This document shows, in pieces, positions 61,906 through 64,000 of a stretch of DNA of 64,000 nt (position 1 is the stretch's first letter; each line of letters opens with the position of its first letter). A program made the translations under genes and the position numbers. This DNA is from an uncultured Actinomycetes bacterium. Lineage in GTDB: Bacteria; Actinomycetota; UBA4738; HRBIN12. The notes under the pieces are model-generated. The model saw only the letters and a program-made list of their open reading frames with translations. It was not told the DNA's origin and searched no databases. The stretch is taken from positions 864,001-928,000 of the forward strand of contig CAVPIB010000004.1 in assembly GCA_963704885.1 (NCBI GenBank). The letters are read 5' to 3'.

Positions 61906-63234
61906 TCAGCGGCGCATCGGCGGAGCCGAGCGGATGGGCTCGGGTATCAGGTCGCCGTGCGCGTCGATGAGCTCGTCGACGAGGTCGAGTATCTCCCCGA
62001 TCGTGAGCGTGGCGGCGGTGTTGGGGTCGAGTAGAGCCGCCTGATAGACGAGCTCCCGCGAGCCCTCCACCACGGCTCGAACCGTAAGCTCGGCGACGTT
62101 TTCGAAAGTGCGGTTGAGTGCGAGGCACTGGGGTGGGATCGCGCCGATCGGTATCGGCCGGACGCCCTCCCGGTCCACCACGACGGGGACCTCGACGCAG
62201 GCGTCCGGGGCGAGGCCGTCGATCAACCCTTCGTTGCGCACGTTGCCATAGAGCTCGACAGGTTCGCCGGTCTCGAGCGCGTGGATGAACTGGCTCGCGA
62301 GCTCCTGCGTCGGCTCTACGCCGAGTCCCTCGCCCGCATCGAGCCGTCGCTTCAACTCCTCGAACTCCGCGAGGTTCTCGTCCGATCGGCGGAGGTACTC
62401 GTCGATCTCGGAGCGGAAGCGCTCCACCTGGTCGTCGTGTCGCAGGAACCACGGAACGTACTCGCTCGAGTGCTCGCTGGACTCGGTGGGGAAGTACCCG
62501 AACCGCTTGTAGAGCTCGACTCGCACCCGCCGCCCGAGGCCTTCGGGGTCGGCGTAGACGATCTCCCGCAGCCGCGGGTACAGGTCCTCTCCCGTCGCGC
62601 GGTCGCGGAAGACGTAAACGAAGCACTGGTGGTTGAAGCCGGCCGTGCGGAACTCGACGCGCTCCTCGGGGACGCCGACGGTACGAGCGAGGAACGCGTG
62701 CGTGTCGCGGACGCTGTGGCAGACGCCGATCGTGCGGGCGGCCGGCCACGATGACCCGGCCCAGACGCCCCATGGCACCATGGCCATCGGGTTCGAGTAG
62801 TTCAGGATCAGCGCGCCCGGGCAGAGTTCGGACATCTCCTCGGCCATCGCCACGATGACCGGGATCGTGCGTAATCCGCGGAAGATGCCGCCGATGCCGA
62901 TCGTATCGGCGATCGTCTGCCGGAGACCGTACTGGGTGGGGATGTCGAAGTCCGTGCGCGTGGCCCGGTACCCGCCGACCTGGATCTCGTTGATCATGTA
63001 GTCGGCTCCCTCGAACGCGAGCCGGCGGTCCGGGTAGGCGGTAACGGTGTGCGCCGCGCCGGTCCGCTCGACCAGTGCCCGGGCGGCCTGCTCGGCGTAG
63101 GTCAGGCGCTCGGGATCGATGTCGTGCAATGCGATCTCGAACGCGCCGTGCAGCTCGGGCCAAGATGCGAGATCGCTGACGATGTTCCTGGTGAACTCGA
63201 CGCTCCCGGCCCCGACGATCGCGATCTTCGCCAC
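61906..63234 (-). CDS. melA: GH4 NAD-dependent alpha-galactosidase
   Basis: KIAIVGAGSVEF, QTIADTIGIGG, NYSNP, GVCHS, AGFNH and TESSEH; GTG at 63234. Confidence 0.88.
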   Translation of the reverse strand: MAKIAIVGAGSVEFTRNIVSDLASWPELHGAFEIALHDIDPERLTYAEQAARALVERTGAAHTVTAYPDRRLAFEGADYMINEIQVGGYRATRTDFDIPTQYGLRQTIADTIGIGGIFRGLRTIPVIVAMAEEMSELCPGALILNYSNPMAMVPWGVWAGSSWPAARTIGVCHSVRDTHAFLARTVGVPEERVEFRTAGFNHQCFVYVFRDRATGEDLYPRLREIVYADPEGLGRRVRVELYKRFGYFPTESSEHSSEYVPWFLRHDDQVERFRSEIDEYLRRSDENLAEFEELKRRLDAGEGLGVEPTQELASQFIHALETGEPVELYGNVRNEGLIDGLAPDACVEVPVVVDREGVRPIPIGAIPPQCLALNRTFENVAELTVRAVVEGSRELVYQAALLDPNTAATLTIGEILDLVDELIDAHGDLIPEPIRSAPPMRR

Positions 63235-63340
63235 GGCGCATAGCTTCCCAGAGCGCCCCGATAACGATCCCGAACGATATCGGTGACCCCGGTAGACGAG
63301 ATCCTCGGATACGGGACCGGGTAACGGCGAGGCGGCCGAC

Positions 63341-64000
63341 CTACACGAGCAGGACCGTCGCTCGTTCGGCGAGAGCCTCGGCCCGCGAGCGGTCCAACCG
63401 GCCCGCGCCCGGAAGCTCCGCGTTCGCGGTGGCGGCACCGAGCGCCAACCGGAGCGCGCCCGCCCAACCCTCGCCACGTTCCAGACCCACGACCAGGCCC
63501 GCCAGGAAGGCGTCGCCGCTACCGACCGGATAGCGACCACGCTCGTAGAGCACGCCCTCGTACAGCGCGCCGTCGGGCGCAGCCAAGACCACGCCGTCGG
63601 CTCCCCGCGTGACGATACCCGCGTGACCTTCACCCCCGGCCAGCTCGCGGAGCTTCTGTGCGGCGGCCAGCGACTCCTCGCGGCGCGCCGTAGGGACGCC
63701 CAACAGCTCGGAGGCCTCGGCGGTGTTCACCTTCACGATCTCGGGTCCGGCGGCCAGGGCCAGACGCAGCCGCTCACCCTCCGCGTCGAGCGCCACCTGC
63801 GCGCCGGCCGCGCGCGCCTCCGCCACCACGTCGCGGTACCCGGCGTCGTCCACGCCGAGCGGCAACGACCCCGAGATGGTCAGCCACGATGTTTCGGGGA
63901 ACCGGACGGAAGCAACTTCGGCCAACTCCGCCCAGGCGGCCGCCGGGATCTCGGATCCGTGCTCGTAGAACTCGGTCAGTCCGCCGGTCTCTCGATCGGC
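63341..64000 (-). CDS. PfkB-family kinase (1-phosphofructokinase/tagatose-6-phosphate kinase-like), 5' end outside the window
   Basis: SGSLP, KVNTAEA and VGSGDAFLAG anion-hole motif. Confidence 0.88.
   Translation of the reverse strand, partial: ADRETGGLTEFYEHGSEIPAAAWAELAEVASVRFPETSWLTISGSLPLGVDDAGYRDVVAEARAAGAQVALDAEGERLRLALAAGPEIVKVNTAEASELLGVPTARREESLAAAQKLRELAGGEGHAGIVTRGADGVVLAAPDGALYEGVLYERGRYPVGSGDAFLAGLVVGLERGEGWAGALRLALGAATANAELPGAGRLDRSRAEALAERATVLLV

Overview
High-GC (visually ~65-70%) chromosomal window from an Actinomycetota-type bacterium, with no CRISPR array, transposase, integrase or rRNA recognised. The core (~16.3-45 kb) is a conserved housekeeping block, mostly on the minus strand: rsmI-metG-tatD-rpfB/yabE-like-rsmA-ispE-tRNA-Gln-glmU-prs-rplY-pth-mfd-prsA-mazG-eno-ftsB-S1-DUF501/ppx...tRNA-Leu(UAA). 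The left arm (1-16.3 kb) is accessory cell-surface material. It holds a >1340-aa secreted NHL beta-propeller protein that the ORF track omits because it runs off the edge, three sulfotransferases, a priming sugar transferase, an orphan LuxR response regulator, TadE/TadG-vWA pilins and a Tat-exported DUF1800/DUF1501 pair. The right arm holds peptidases, an MFS-APH pair and an AgaR/AgaS/GH4/ABC/beta-helix-NPCBM sugar utilisation locus. Several genes carry frameshifts that probably reflect long-read indel errors. The most notable observations are: a candidate sulfated-glycan/giant-propeller surface system, a DUF501-Ppx fusion, an RpfB/YabE-like protein with an RlpA-type catalytic domain and a switch-like 5' leader, a parS-like site after metG, a 23-bp palindrome found twice, an HTH-HATPase-DUF4325 regulator with its own operator repeats, and a candidate sRNA/sORF unit at ~47.1-47.4 kb. 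All family assignments come from motif recognition by eye, not database searches.
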